Below are positions 53,533-63,007 of a stretch of DNA of 64,000 nt, piece by piece; within the stretch, counting starts at the first letter, position 1, and each line of letters starts with the position of its first letter. Source of the stretch: a bacterium (lineage in GTDB: Bacteria; Hinthialibacterota; Hinthialibacteria; Hinthialibacterales; Hinthialibacteraceae); NCBI GenBank assembly GCA_963663405.2, contig CAXXSM010000118.1, positions 32,001 to 96,000 of the forward strand, written 5' to 3'. A program made the translations under genes and the position numbers. The notes below the pieces were generated by a model. That model did no database searches. It worked only from the letters and a program-made list of their open reading frames with translations, and was not told the origin of the DNA.

Positions 53533-54990
53533 TTAATGCGACATAGCATAGACCAGCGCGTTGATTCCCAGTTTTAAACTGTCTTCCTGTTTGAGACTGC
53601 ATCCGAATGGGTATTCAAGATCGGCCCATCCGTTTTCAATACCGTGTTTAAAATACAACACACCTAAATTTCCGCCTAGAACAATCCCATCCACAGGAGG
53701 GCGGGAAGGTTCGCGCCAGTCCATCACGTACGACACCTGTTCAACAGGAAAAGGAGCATGGAACAATGGAGCGGTGAGGGAAACTGGAGCGAGTGGCTCA
53801 TTGGGAAGAATCTGGGCGATCTCACGGCGGAACGAACGATCAAATTCTGTTCGCCCACAACAATTATTCGCCAACAGAAAACCACCGCCACGCAGATAGC
53901 GGGTGAGAGCGGTTCGCGCCGCGGTTGAAAAACTAAAATCGTAGTGTCCTGTGATATAAATCAGCGGGAACCGGCCGAGTTGATCCTCCGTGGGTTGAAC
54001 CGGCATGGAACGAATTCGTAAATCCGCGCCGGATTGCGCGGCGAATTCACTTAAAAGTTGCGAAACCGCATAAGGATTTGGATTCCAATCTCCATTATGG
54101 ATCAAGTGTCCCGCGATAATTTCACCTTCTTCGTTTGTCAAGCGTTTCTGCATTGCGTATTCTTCCGCATAACGGCGGCAGGCGAGTCCATAAACAATAA
54201 GATTCATTCCAATTTTCATCGCGTCATCCGGCATGAAACGCGTTCCATCCGGATGCGTATGATGATCCCAACCACAACTCAAGTCTGATTTTGAAAAAAC
54301 CAGCGCCGTGCGGCAACCGATATCCGTTCCAAAGAGAACTGGTTCTTCTGTATATTTATCGCCATCCTTCATCATCTCAACTTGTGTAATTTCATGATAG
54401 CACTGATAGATTGGATGGTCGTTAGGAAGCGGATGGATCGGTTTATCCGGAAAGATCAATGGATAGACACGCTCGAATGATTCAACAAAGGGTGGATGCC
54501 CACAACAAGCTTCTACGAGAAGCATCCCGCCATCCTCTAGATAGCGCCGCAGTAAAACCGGCCAATCCTCTCCAACTTGGAATGTGTTGTGGCCGGTCAT
54601 ATATAAAAAAGGAACGGTTCGAAGTTTTGAATCATTTAAAGTTACGGTTCTCGATCCATAATTAACTTTGATCCTGGGATTGACCCATCCCAGAAGCCCA
54701 TCCAAGTCACCAGGATCAGTCAGCCAGTCTTGCTCATCTCCATACGCGATTTTTCCCATAAGCGCGGAAGGACGGGGTGGACGTTTTTTTTCAGTTCTCC
54801 GCAGCGGAGTTGCGGGAAGAGGAAGGGGCGGATAGGTTTCGGCGCCTTTAATACGGCTTGGTTTTGGGGCGGGTGGTTTACCGCAAGGGCCTTTCTTTGC
54901 GTATTTGACTTTTTCCTCACCCAACGCAGGCATACCTCCGCTTGCGAGGGCGGCAATGAGGCCCAATATTTTTCGGCGATCAATTTTCAT
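53533..54990 (-). CDS. tandem DUF4159-domain protein with a twin-arginine-like leader
   Basis: Two repeats of PFLY(M/I)TGH...L.RYL..GG.L..CCG...G.N; DRRKIL leader. Confidence 0.75.
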   Translation of the reverse strand: MKIDRRKILGLIAALASGGMPALGEEKVKYAKKGPCGKPPAPKPSRIKGAETYPPLPLPATPLRRTEKKRPPRPSALMGKIAYGDEQDWLTDPGDLDGLLGWVNPRIKVNYGSRTVTLNDSKLRTVPFLYMTGHNTFQVGEDWPVLLRRYLEDGGMLLVEACCGHPPFVESFERVYPLIFPDKPIHPLPNDHPIYQCYHEITQVEMMKDGDKYTEEPVLFGTDIGCRTALVFSKSDLSCGWDHHTHPDGTRFMPDDAMKIGMNLIVYGLACRRYAEEYAMQKRLTNEEGEIIAGHLIHNGDWNPNPYAVSQLLSEFAAQSGADLRIRSMPVQPTEDQLGRFPLIYITGHYDFSFSTAARTALTRYLRGGGFLLANNCCGRTEFDRSFRREIAQILPNEPLAPVSLTAPLFHAPFPVEQVSYVMDWREPSRPPVDGIVLGGNLGVLYFKHGIENGWADLEYPFGCSLKQEDSLKLGINALVYAMSH

Positions 54991-55586
54991 TGTTCCGTCT
55001 CCCTTAACTCTTCAGCGATAGGAACTGGCGTGACTGAGGTATAACTCAAGGAACGGTATGACTCTTCTAAAATCAATTTGGCTCGTTTCCGATCCCCCAA
55101 TTCAAGATAGATTTCCGCCATCGCTAGATAGGCCCCAGCGGTAATACCAACATAACGATTTCCCTTCACAGCAATCGCGTTCCGGTATTCTTTCAGAGCC
55201 AGGCGAGGTTTTCCCATGGCGATTTCAAAGATAGAGGCGCGTGTGCAGAATGCGCGCATAATCGCTTTGGGATCAGGGCTTTGGGTAATGATCGCATCCA
55301 ATTTCTTCAGCGCGTTTTCGTAGTCTTCTTTTTCGACATAAACCCGGACCAATTGAAATCGTATATCGTCCTTCGCGTTTAGGGTTCCCCAATTGGCGCC
55401 CATAATGACACCTGCGATATGCTTTTTCTTGGCGGTTTGTTGATCGTGTTCATACTGTTCCCGGACTTGATTCAGTAGCGCTTCAGTATGTTTCTCTGGT
55501 TTCTTCTCTTCCTCCTGGGACGTCCCTGAAAACAAAAAAACGATATAAGTCAATATGATTATGAAAATACTTCGCAGATGGATCAT
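54987..55586 (-). CDS. secreted TPR-like helical protein
   Basis: Signal peptide, TPR-like A/L/Y periodicity; overlapping start/stop with neighbours. Confidence 0.6.
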   Translation of the reverse strand: MIHLRSIFIIILTYIVFLFSGTSQEEEKKPEKHTEALLNQVREQYEHDQQTAKKKHIAGVIMGANWGTLNAKDDIRFQLVRVYVEKEDYENALKKLDAIITQSPDPKAIMRAFCTRASIFEIAMGKPRLALKEYRNAIAVKGNRYVGITAGAYLAMAEIYLELGDRKRAKLILEESYRSLSYTSVTPVPIAEELRETEQ

Positions 55587-56263
55587 CTTCCACTTTCCAG
55601 TCTTTTGATTTCCTGAAGGGCTTTGTTCTTGATGCCTGAATCTTTCACGCTATCAGCCAAGGTCCGGCAGGCTTGGAGAGCCTTCTCTCTTTCTCTGTAT
55701 TTGCTGAAAATCTTGATTTTGTGCCAGAGGATTCTCTCAAGATCGTGCTCACGTTCCCAGCGGCTTTTCTTATTGCTGGAAATACGTTGAAAGCGATCGA
55801 GATTCAGAAGGGCGTTATTTTTAAATTCTTCCTGCAGGCCTTGTTGACCGTAAAGGTCGATCAATCCTGTATAGGCCAGTGGTTGAAACACGCCCTGCAC
55901 ACGTTCGAACGCCTGAATCGCTCCAATCGGATTGTCGAATTCCATGCGTTCAATATCGCCGATTATAAAATAGGCGGTCCAGCGGGATTGTTCATCAGGG
56001 CTTTTTGTGGCGGCGGTCCGCAAGACTGAAAGAGCCTTTTGAAATTCCTTGTCTTCCAAATAAAGTGTGGTGAGTTTGAAGATATTCGTATCCACAACAT
56101 TTTGATAACGTACTTTCCGTTGATTGAGATATTGAATTCGCTTGGCGCGATGGTCTTTCTGCTGTGGAGTTTCCCTCTCTTCAGCCGCCGCGCTTAGGAA
56201 GACAGCGAGGAGAAGCACAAACGTCATGACAATGCGGGTAGACGGAATGAATCGTTTAATCAT
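55583..56263 (-). CDS. secreted TPR-like helical protein
   Basis: Signal peptide ending AAA, TPR-like helices. Confidence 0.6.
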   Translation of the reverse strand: MIKRFIPSTRIVMTFVLLLAVFLSAAAEERETPQQKDHRAKRIQYLNQRKVRYQNVVDTNIFKLTTLYLEDKEFQKALSVLRTAATKSPDEQSRWTAYFIIGDIERMEFDNPIGAIQAFERVQGVFQPLAYTGLIDLYGQQGLQEEFKNNALLNLDRFQRISSNKKSRWEREHDLERILWHKIKIFSKYREREKALQACRTLADSVKDSGIKNKALQEIKRLESGR

Positions 56264-57354
56264 TTGCCTTTCTTCCCTTGGTTTAAATCCTGGATTCGTT
56301 CGGCGATCCGTTTGGCCAATCCTTCACTCGCTTTTTGTTCCCGTTCAAAACGTTTCTTAAGATCGTCCATCACATTCAGGTATGAATATTGTTCGTCGGC
56401 GCTGATGAGAAACGCCGCCGCTTCATTGTATAGTTCTTCCCGGATATAGATTTCAGCGATCGCGACATCAAACCGACTGTGGAGTGGCCCAATTGGAGAA
56501 AAGGTTTTTTCCCGCTGGAGTTCAAGAAGCGCCGCATGGGAATCTGGATTGTTGAGACACACATCGATTACGCGGCTGAATCGCTCCGGTAAAGACTCAG
56601 GTCTGGTGATACGGCGCAGGGATGCGATGGCCTCTGTGAACCGGTCTGATTCCAAGTGAACGCGGGCCATTTCGAAAATCGCTTGTTCACGTTCTTCCAC
56701 GCTTCCATTCACTAAAGCCGCTTGTTCATAGGCGGAAGCGGCTTGTCGTGAATTATTCTTGTTATTTATATCTTTTGGAAAAAGGGATGCGGCGAGAAGA
56801 TGAATTTTCTGCGCGTTTGGATTGCCTGAACGGGCAGCCCAATCCCCAACATAGGAGAGAAAAACGGCGCACGATCCCCGGATCAATTCGTCTTTAATAT
56901 CATTGATTTCCTTAGAATGGTTCAACCAATGTTCTACTGCGCTATTTTTCTGCTCTTCTGTCAATCGGAGAAATTGACGCTGGGCCTGCATTGGATTTCT
57001 TTGCACTCGGAGAAGGAAATCAAAGAGAATCAGATTGGCTTCTAAAGAAGCCGGTGAATCGCGGTCACTGGAAGCGAGACGATCCAATAAATTTATGGAC
57101 GCATTGAAATTGCCCTGCTGGAGTGCGCGGATAATCTTCCCAGCCAGATCCTGTTGATTGGGGGAACATTCTTTATTCGCCTGAATTTTTTCGAGACGTT
57201 TTTCGTAAGGAGATGAATTGAATCTCTTCGCTTTCTCGCCACCCAGAGCTGGAAAGCAGCAAAAAACGACAAAAAGAAGAACCGCCGTTACACCCCTTAT
57301 CATCATGAACTCAAATCCCAATATCAAAAAAATCCTATTCAAAAAAGGATACAA
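56260..57354 (-). CDS. secreted TPR-like helical protein
   Basis: Hydrophobic leader, TPR-like helices; first gene of the operon (start may be a later Met). Confidence 0.55.
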   Translation of the reverse strand: MYPFLNRIFLILGFEFMMIRGVTAVLLFVVFCCFPALGGEKAKRFNSSPYEKRLEKIQANKECSPNQQDLAGKIIRALQQGNFNASINLLDRLASSDRDSPASLEANLILFDFLLRVQRNPMQAQRQFLRLTEEQKNSAVEHWLNHSKEINDIKDELIRGSCAVFLSYVGDWAARSGNPNAQKIHLLAASLFPKDINNKNNSRQAASAYEQAALVNGSVEEREQAIFEMARVHLESDRFTEAIASLRRITRPESLPERFSRVIDVCLNNPDSHAALLELQREKTFSPIGPLHSRFDVAIAEIYIREELYNEAAAFLISADEQYSYLNVMDDLKKRFEREQKASEGLAKRIAERIQDLNQGKKGK

Positions 57355-57532
57355 ATCAGTGATTCAATGCAATCTTATATTTTTCCTATTCCATTACTAT
57401 ATAGTATAGAAAGCGCCATTCAGCAATTTTTTCTACCCCAAAATCGAAATATATTTATAACGCGCGAGAAAATCTCACGCAAAATATGAAACGTCTCCCT
57501 TCTAACTAATTTTTTAGAATACCTGGATTCGA

Positions 57533-57560
57533 TTGACATTTTCATTCGCCGATATATGAT
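57533..57560 (+). promoter_or_regulatory. putative sigma70 promoter
   Basis: TTGACA-N16-TATGAT upstream of the ORF at 57610. Confidence 0.4.
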
Positions 57561-57609
57561 CTAATCAAAAATTAATCAAATTTTAAACGTTCACTTACAT
57601 TATTATTTT

Positions 57610-58443
57610 TTGGTGAGTTTAATGAGCCAGGATACTCTATTTAAATGTCTGGGATATACGCCGCTTCTTCTATGCGTGATCGGTGTTTCCTTTATTTTTG
57701 ATTGGGATTATTATGTACACTCCATTGTTTGTGAAGACGGTCCAATAGAGAATGCGACGGTCATTTTTTCTTTGATGGCCTGTTTATGTTTTTATGTTTT
57801 AGCTTGGACGCGGTATCGGCAAGAAGGATTTTCGTTACCCGTCATTCTATTGGGGATTCTCGGCGCTGGCATGTTTTTTTTCGCAGGAGAAGAGATTAGT
57901 TGGGGACAGCGTATATTTGGGATTGAAACAGAAAAAGTATCCCATTGGCTGGCCGAAAAGAACCGCCAAAACGAGTTGAACCTTCATAATATCTCTGGAT
58001 TTTCCAAAGTCCGTTTATTGGCGGATATATATTGTGTTTTTTGGGGAATTTGTATACCTTGGTACTACCAAAACCGTACATTCCCCATTTCGTGGCTGCG
58101 TCCATTTCTCAGTCCGGCTTGGTTAATCCCAGGATATTTAGCGGTTATGCTGATTTCCTGGCCGAAAAAAATCTGTGAGATATTCTTTGCGGAAGATAAA
58201 AATTTCAACCTTGTCGGTATGGGAGAATTAAAGGAAGCCGGGCTAGGCTTGGCGTTGTTGCTCTATGCAATCCATATTGGAATGTATTACAGGTCGCAGT
58301 ACATTCATAACGCTACTACAACCGAAACCGAAGAGACAAAGCACCGGCGTCATCATCCTATATTCCTGCCCAAAATTCTCCGGCCGTTCTCATTCCTCTC
58401 TGACCGTCTATCAAAAGGACTCAATTCCCATCACCGGCGTTGA
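57610..58443 (+). CDS. multi-pass membrane protein of unknown function
   Basis: About 6 hydrophobic segments; conserved-looking motifs EDGPIEN, GEEISWGQRIFG, QNELNLHN. Confidence 0.7.
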   Translation: MVSLMSQDTLFKCLGYTPLLLCVIGVSFIFDWDYYVHSIVCEDGPIENATVIFSLMACLCFYVLAWTRYRQEGFSLPVILLGILGAGMFFFAGEEISWGQRIFGIETEKVSHWLAEKNRQNELNLHNISGFSKVRLLADIYCVFWGICIPWYYQNRTFPISWLRPFLSPAWLIPGYLAVMLISWPKKICEIFFAEDKNFNLVGMGELKEAGLGLALLLYAIHIGMYYRSQYIHNATTTETEETKHRRHHPIFLPKILRPFSFLSDRLSKGLNSHHRR

Positions 58444-58591
58444 TTGGACAATTACTGCCCTTAATAAAAGACGTAATATATATCACGTTTTCACAATCAA
58501 CTAATCATAATAACAATTAAAAAAACGATCTGGTTTTAACAGCTGAACACTGGGAATCCGCACACTTTTACTAAATCAGCGCTTGTTACTC

Positions 58592-59233
58592 TCATTCCAC
58601 CATCCCACCGGGGCCGAACACAGCAACATCGCCGATGCTGATTAAGCCATTACTGGGATCATAACGCAATGTATAATCATCTCCGTTACCCCCGCCGGCC
58701 AAGCTGTTTTGACCGGTGTTCGGGCCAAAGGATTTGATTAACCAGACAGTCGGACAATCCGATGTATTGGCCATGGATTCGGCCTGGCTGCGCATGGCAA
58801 AGGGAGGAAAATAAGCATAATAGTCTGCGCAATGAGCGGTTCGAAGGCTTGCTGATCCACCCCAATTTGAATCCGTGAGACCATAGACATAGCGATACCA
58901 TGTAAACTGAGCGCCCTCTTCGCCATTCGCCTGCGCCTCTTCGTAATAGGGTGAAAACACATCTGAAGGAACGCTTGCGATATAGTTGACCGGGCTGGTT
59001 AAAGGATGAAGACGAAAAGGATATGTATATAAATTGTTATCCAATTGGTACATCTCTTCCGCCATCGATAAGGCTTTTAAATCGGATTTACAGCGAGAGA
59101 TCTTTGCTCTCGTTTGTGCGTTAAGAAAGTTTGGCACCGCAATGGCAGCCAAAATTCCGATAATTGCGACAACGATAAGGAGTTCGATCAGGGTAAATGC
59201 TTTTCTCAGTTTTTGTGTCTTCATGTAATTCAC
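58592..59233 (-). CDS. type IV pilin-like (prepilin N-methylation domain) protein
   Basis: RKA|FTLIELLIVVAIIGILAAIAVPNF leader. Confidence 0.88.
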   Translation of the reverse strand: MNYMKTQKLRKAFTLIELLIVVAIIGILAAIAVPNFLNAQTRAKISRCKSDLKALSMAEEMYQLDNNLYTYPFRLHPLTSPVNYIASVPSDVFSPYYEEAQANGEEGAQFTWYRYVYGLTDSNWGGSASLRTAHCADYYAYFPPFAMRSQAESMANTSDCPTVWLIKSFGPNTGQNSLAGGGNGDDYTLRYDPSNGLISIGDVAVFGPGGMVE

Positions 59234-59337
59234 CTTTATATTGATTGTTTTGCATTCAACTTAGCGCATTAAGAATATCTCATACTCTTTATAATATTAT
59301 ATCAAGTCCTAACAAATATTTAATTGAAGATACTTAT

Positions 59338-59766
59338 TTATTCAGATATATTTGACCAAGGATTGATGATCATCACTCCTGTGTGTTCAAAATCAGAAAG
59401 ATTGCGGGTCATCAGAAATAATCCATGCTGGATAGCTGTCGCGGCAATTAGCCCATCCGATATGGGAATGTTGAATCCCTTTTTTTGTGCGTTGGCTGTT
59501 ATTGATCCCCAAATATGAACCGTTTCTAGATCAATCGAAAGAATCGATTCAGAATAATCACGTTCAATTTCATAAATCCAACGCTGTAAATCGCTTTTTC
59601 GCTTCCCATCTGGAAGAAGTTCAATTTCTTTGATCATCTCTCCAACCGTAATCACACTGAGATAAAGATTTGGGCTGGGAATGGAATCGACGACGTGTTT
59701 TACAGAGCGGTTTCCTTTAGGTTTGTGAATTTCAGAGAGAACGCAAGCGTCAAGCAATACTCTCAT
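59338..59766 (-). CDS. vapC: VapC/PIN toxin
   Basis: LLDACVLSE, SVITVGE, DGLIAATA, TRN..DF; ATGA overlap with the antitoxin. Confidence 0.9.
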   Translation of the reverse strand: MRVLLDACVLSEIHKPKGNRSVKHVVDSIPSPNLYLSVITVGEMIKEIELLPDGKRKSDLQRWIYEIERDYSESILSIDLETVHIWGSITANAQKKGFNIPISDGLIAATAIQHGLFLMTRNLSDFEHTGVMIINPWSNISE

Positions 59767-60002
59767 AGTTCGATATCTCTCATAATCGAACGATCCCGTG
59801 AGAAATCGACTTTTTCTAAGCTCGGACATTGCATGAGGTGTTCTTTAAAACTTCTCTTATTACCAATGAGTCGATTATACTCCCTCTCATCAACAATAAT
59901 GACACAGTCCTGCCGCCGAGTAATCTTTTGCGGTCCATCCCGCAAAGCCTTATTGATAACCTCACTTAATTTGTTTTTGGCTTCCGCTAATTTCCATTCC
60001 AT
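59763..60002 (-). CDS. Phd/YefM-family antitoxin
   Basis: WKLAEAKNKLSEVI...GPQKITRR. Confidence 0.9.
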   Translation of the reverse strand: MEWKLAEAKNKLSEVINKALRDGPQKITRRQDCVIIVDEREYNRLIGNKRSFKEHLMQCPSLEKVDFSRDRSIMRDIEL

Positions 60003-60016
60003 TTTTTACCTCCCAT

Positions 60017-60039
60017 TTAATCTAGATTGTCTAGATTAA
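60017..60039. promoter_or_regulatory. palindromic operator upstream of the Phd antitoxin
   Basis: TTAATCTAGA-TTG-TCTAGATTAA, perfect 10-bp arms. Confidence 0.6.
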
Positions 60040-60105
60040 TTATAGGGCAATTAACAAAGTCATCAAATATTTTCAAAATCTTTCTATTCCCAAATCAGGT
60101 TCAAA

Positions 60106-61893
60106 TCAATACCCAATCGCACAGCCATCTTTCCGGGGATCGGATCCGGCGAAGTAGCGGAGTGGTTCATCTTCACGCCAGATTGCTTGATAACCTCCAT
60201 ACATACCGGTTCCGGTTTCCTGGATCGTGTGGCCCATCGCTTCCAAACGCTGGGTGGTTTCGGGTGTGATTCCCGCTTCCAAACCGATCGATCCACCGTT
60301 CTTTATCGCGCCTCCCCAAGGATTGGAACTGCCGAAGTGTTGTGCGCGCGGTTGTTCTCCCGCCTGTTGGATCGAGAGTTTGAAATCGATCCAGTTCATA
60401 AGTACCTGCGCGTGTCCCTGCGGCTGCATATCGCCTCCCATGACGCCAAACGCGCATTTCGGGCGTCCATTGCGGGTTAAAAATCCGGGAATGATCGTAT
60501 GGAATGGCCGTTTGTGCGGTTCGAGTGTGTTCATCCGCGCTGGATCGAGGCTGAAACTGCGTCCACGGTTCTGGAGGCAGAAACCAAGACCGGTGGGAAC
60601 CTCGCGCGATCCCCAGCCCCAATAGATGCTTTGGATCAGCGAGACCATGTTCCCTTCCCCATCCGCCGCGCAGAGATAGATCGTATCTTTTGAACCATCC
60701 AAGGAGCCGGGTCGGACATCGACCGTGGCCCGTTTGGGATTAATCAGTTTGGCGCGCTCTCTTCCATATTCTTTCGATATTAGTTCCTTGAGCGGCACAT
60801 CAGCGAAGTCCATATCCGCGTAATAGACGGCGCGGTCTTCAAACGCCAGTTTTTTCGCTTCTATAAATAGATGAAGGTGTTCGGCGGAATTGGGCTGGAG
60901 AGAGCCGATATCAAACGTCTCAAGCATGTTCATGATCTGAAGCGCCGCGATTCCCTGCCCGTTTGGTGGAATCTCCCAGACGTCATATCCCCTGTAGCTG
61001 GCGGTGACCGGTTCAACCCACGTGGCTTCATGATCTTCGAAATCTTTCATCGAAAAGAAACCACCACGTTCTTTGGAATATTGAACAATCCGTTCGGCAA
61101 TCTCTCCTTGATAGAACGCGTCCGCGCCGTCACGCATGAGGATTTCAAAAAAGTGTCCGATATCAGGATTCCTTACTACCTGCCCGTATTGAGGAACGCT
61201 TCCATCAACTAAATACGTTTTGGCGGCGTTGGGGTATTCTTTGAAACTGTCTGCGGCGCCGGAGAAATACCCGGCGATGATTTCTGTGAGCGCGTATCCC
61301 TCCAGCGCGTAATATGCCGCTGGTTCAAGAATTTCGCTGAATGATAGGTTCCCGAACCGGCTTCGAAGCGCCTCCCAGCCGCTCACGCAGCCTGGAACTG
61401 ACCAGGTATGCGGTCCCAATTCGGGCAGTTGTTCGGTATACCCAAGTGAGTTGGCTTTTTCGCGGTTCCATGCGTAGGGAGAGCGCCCGCTCGCGTTCAA
61501 GCCGTACAGTTTCTGATCTTTCTCAATCCAGACAATCGCGAAGAGATCTCCTCCCGGGCCGCAGCTCATTGGTTCGACAACGCTCATCACTGCGCTCATC
61601 CCCACCGCGGCGTCGACGGCGTTCCCCCCAGATTTCAGAATATCCACTCCTACCCCACTGGCGACTGACTGACTCGTCGCGGCCACGCCATTACGACAAA
61701 CAACCGTCGATCGCGCTGAATTCCGTCCCCGTAATTTCCGCTTATCGATGAAACCAGGCTCTCCCACCCCTCTCCAAGCGTTCCGTTTAAATGAAGTCAT
61801 TTGCGCCCCCTTTGAGACTCTTCCCGTCGATACGCAGCCCTGTGAAAGAGCGCCTAAGCCAATCCCACCGGCGATGAATTGTCTTCGTTTCAT
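60106..61893 (-). CDS. ggt: gamma-glutamyltransferase with a Tat/lipoprotein-like leader
   Basis: GGNAVDAA, GPGGDLF, autoprocessing Thr in DTIYL, QNRG, KRPFHTIIP, GGDMQPQG, SDPRKDG; KRRQFI...QGC leader. Confidence 0.92.
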   Translation of the reverse strand: MKRRQFIAGGIGLGALSQGCVSTGRVSKGAQMTSFKRNAWRGVGEPGFIDKRKLRGRNSARSTVVCRNGVAATSQSVASGVGVDILKSGGNAVDAAVGMSAVMSVVEPMSCGPGGDLFAIVWIEKDQKLYGLNASGRSPYAWNREKANSLGYTEQLPELGPHTWSVPGCVSGWEALRSRFGNLSFSEILEPAAYYALEGYALTEIIAGYFSGAADSFKEYPNAAKTYLVDGSVPQYGQVVRNPDIGHFFEILMRDGADAFYQGEIAERIVQYSKERGGFFSMKDFEDHEATWVEPVTASYRGYDVWEIPPNGQGIAALQIMNMLETFDIGSLQPNSAEHLHLFIEAKKLAFEDRAVYYADMDFADVPLKELISKEYGRERAKLINPKRATVDVRPGSLDGSKDTIYLCAADGEGNMVSLIQSIYWGWGSREVPTGLGFCLQNRGRSFSLDPARMNTLEPHKRPFHTIIPGFLTRNGRPKCAFGVMGGDMQPQGHAQVLMNWIDFKLSIQQAGEQPRAQHFGSSNPWGGAIKNGGSIGLEAGITPETTQRLEAMGHTIQETGTGMYGGYQAIWREDEPLRYFAGSDPRKDGCAIGY

Positions 61894-62115
61894 GATTCTT
61901 TCTCCTTATAACTCATTAAAACATCATAGTAAACGCGCCATGTCTCATGTCTATAGATCCAATTTTCTTGCTTGAACATTTACAATATCATCCCTAAAAT
62001 ACGGATTGCAACTAGGTTTGCATAGACTCGAAAGTAATACAAGGCGAATTTAAAAGTATCCTTTTGCCATCATGGCTTCAGTAATGAAAAAAAGGAAAGA
62101 CAAAGTATGTGCTAG

Positions 62116-62340
62116 ATGAAGCTCCGGCCGGAGATGAAGATGATGGATGATCCAATTGTTGCTGAAATTAGAAAAAATAGAAGAGATATTCTCGAATCCT
62201 ACGATTGGGATTTTGAGAAGATGTCTCGTGATATCATGAAGAGGCAGTGGGAAAGTGGACGCAAAGTCATTCGCCCCAAGAAAAAACAACTCAAACAAGG
62301 TGAAGCGCCTAACGCTTATCCACTACGCAAGCCGTCGTAG
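62116..62340 (+). CDS. small hypothetical protein (DPIVAEIR-type)
   Basis: Short charged ORF MDDPIVAEIRKNR..., of a kind often seen in TA neighbourhoods. Confidence 0.5.
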   Translation: MKLRPEMKMMDDPIVAEIRKNRRDILESYDWDFEKMSRDIMKRQWESGRKVIRPKKKQLKQGEAPNAYPLRKPS

Positions 62341-62383
62341 TTGAGTAATTATCATCGAAAACTTAAGGGCGAGAAGACTCACC

Positions 62384-62917
62384 ATGACCAAGAGCGCAGC
62401 AGACATAGCTACATTAATCGATTCGCTACAAGCAACATTCGCCGCCACGTCAATAATGCTGGTAACTATCAACGATAATGATTTTTTGAATCTTTTTACG
62501 TCGAAGGGCTATGACCATGGATCATCAATTCGACTTGGACTGAAGGACGATACATACTATGAAGGAATTGATCTCTGGAAATCAGTATATTCCATAAAGA
62601 ATAATCCAGAATTCAATCTGAATTACCTTCGTACTCAATTGGGAACAATGATATCATGGATCGGGCACGAACTAAAAGAGTCAAACTATTTCGATAAAGC
62701 ACCTCTATTGGAATTCTTTCGTCATGTTCGCAATGGAATCAGCCACGGTAATGCATTTAATCTAAGTAACCAAGAACCGAGGCGACTAGCTGAGTTTCGC
62801 AAATTCAGAATCACAAGATTACTTAACGGCCAATGTGTACTATTTGAGTATATGAAACCCGGTGATGTAATGTATTTATTAGACGATGTAAAAGCTTATT
62901 TACGAACACTGCCGTGA
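62384..62917 (+). CDS. hypothetical protein with a HEPN-like RxxxxH motif
   Basis: FFRHVRNGISHG (R-N-x3-H); AT-rich. Confidence 0.5.
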   Translation: MTKSAADIATLIDSLQATFAATSIMLVTINDNDFLNLFTSKGYDHGSSIRLGLKDDTYYEGIDLWKSVYSIKNNPEFNLNYLRTQLGTMISWIGHELKESNYFDKAPLLEFFRHVRNGISHGNAFNLSNQEPRRLAEFRKFRITRLLNGQCVLFEYMKPGDVMYLLDDVKAYLRTLP

Positions 62918-62956
62918 AAGTATAATCAGTACACTTCAACGGATTTCTAAACACAA

Positions 62957-62982
62957 CAGGGCGCGAATCGCTCCGCGCCCTG
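62957..62982. terminator. GC-rich hairpin between convergent genes (terminator or REP-like)
   Basis: CAGGGCGCG-N8-CGCGCCCTG, perfect 9-bp stem; no clear U-tract. Confidence 0.5.
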
Positions 62983-63007
62983 CATAGAATCAACGTAAGT
63001 ATTTCAA

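Noticed and set aside
58592-59233. Ala instead of Gly at the prepilin -1 position as a novelty
   Set aside because: A|FTLIELL leaders are common among pilin-like proteins of PVC-type and related lineages.
62290-62350. Integron attC site
   Set aside because: A CCTAAC-like core is present, but there is no well-paired hairpin with a matching GTTRRRY end and no integrase in the window.
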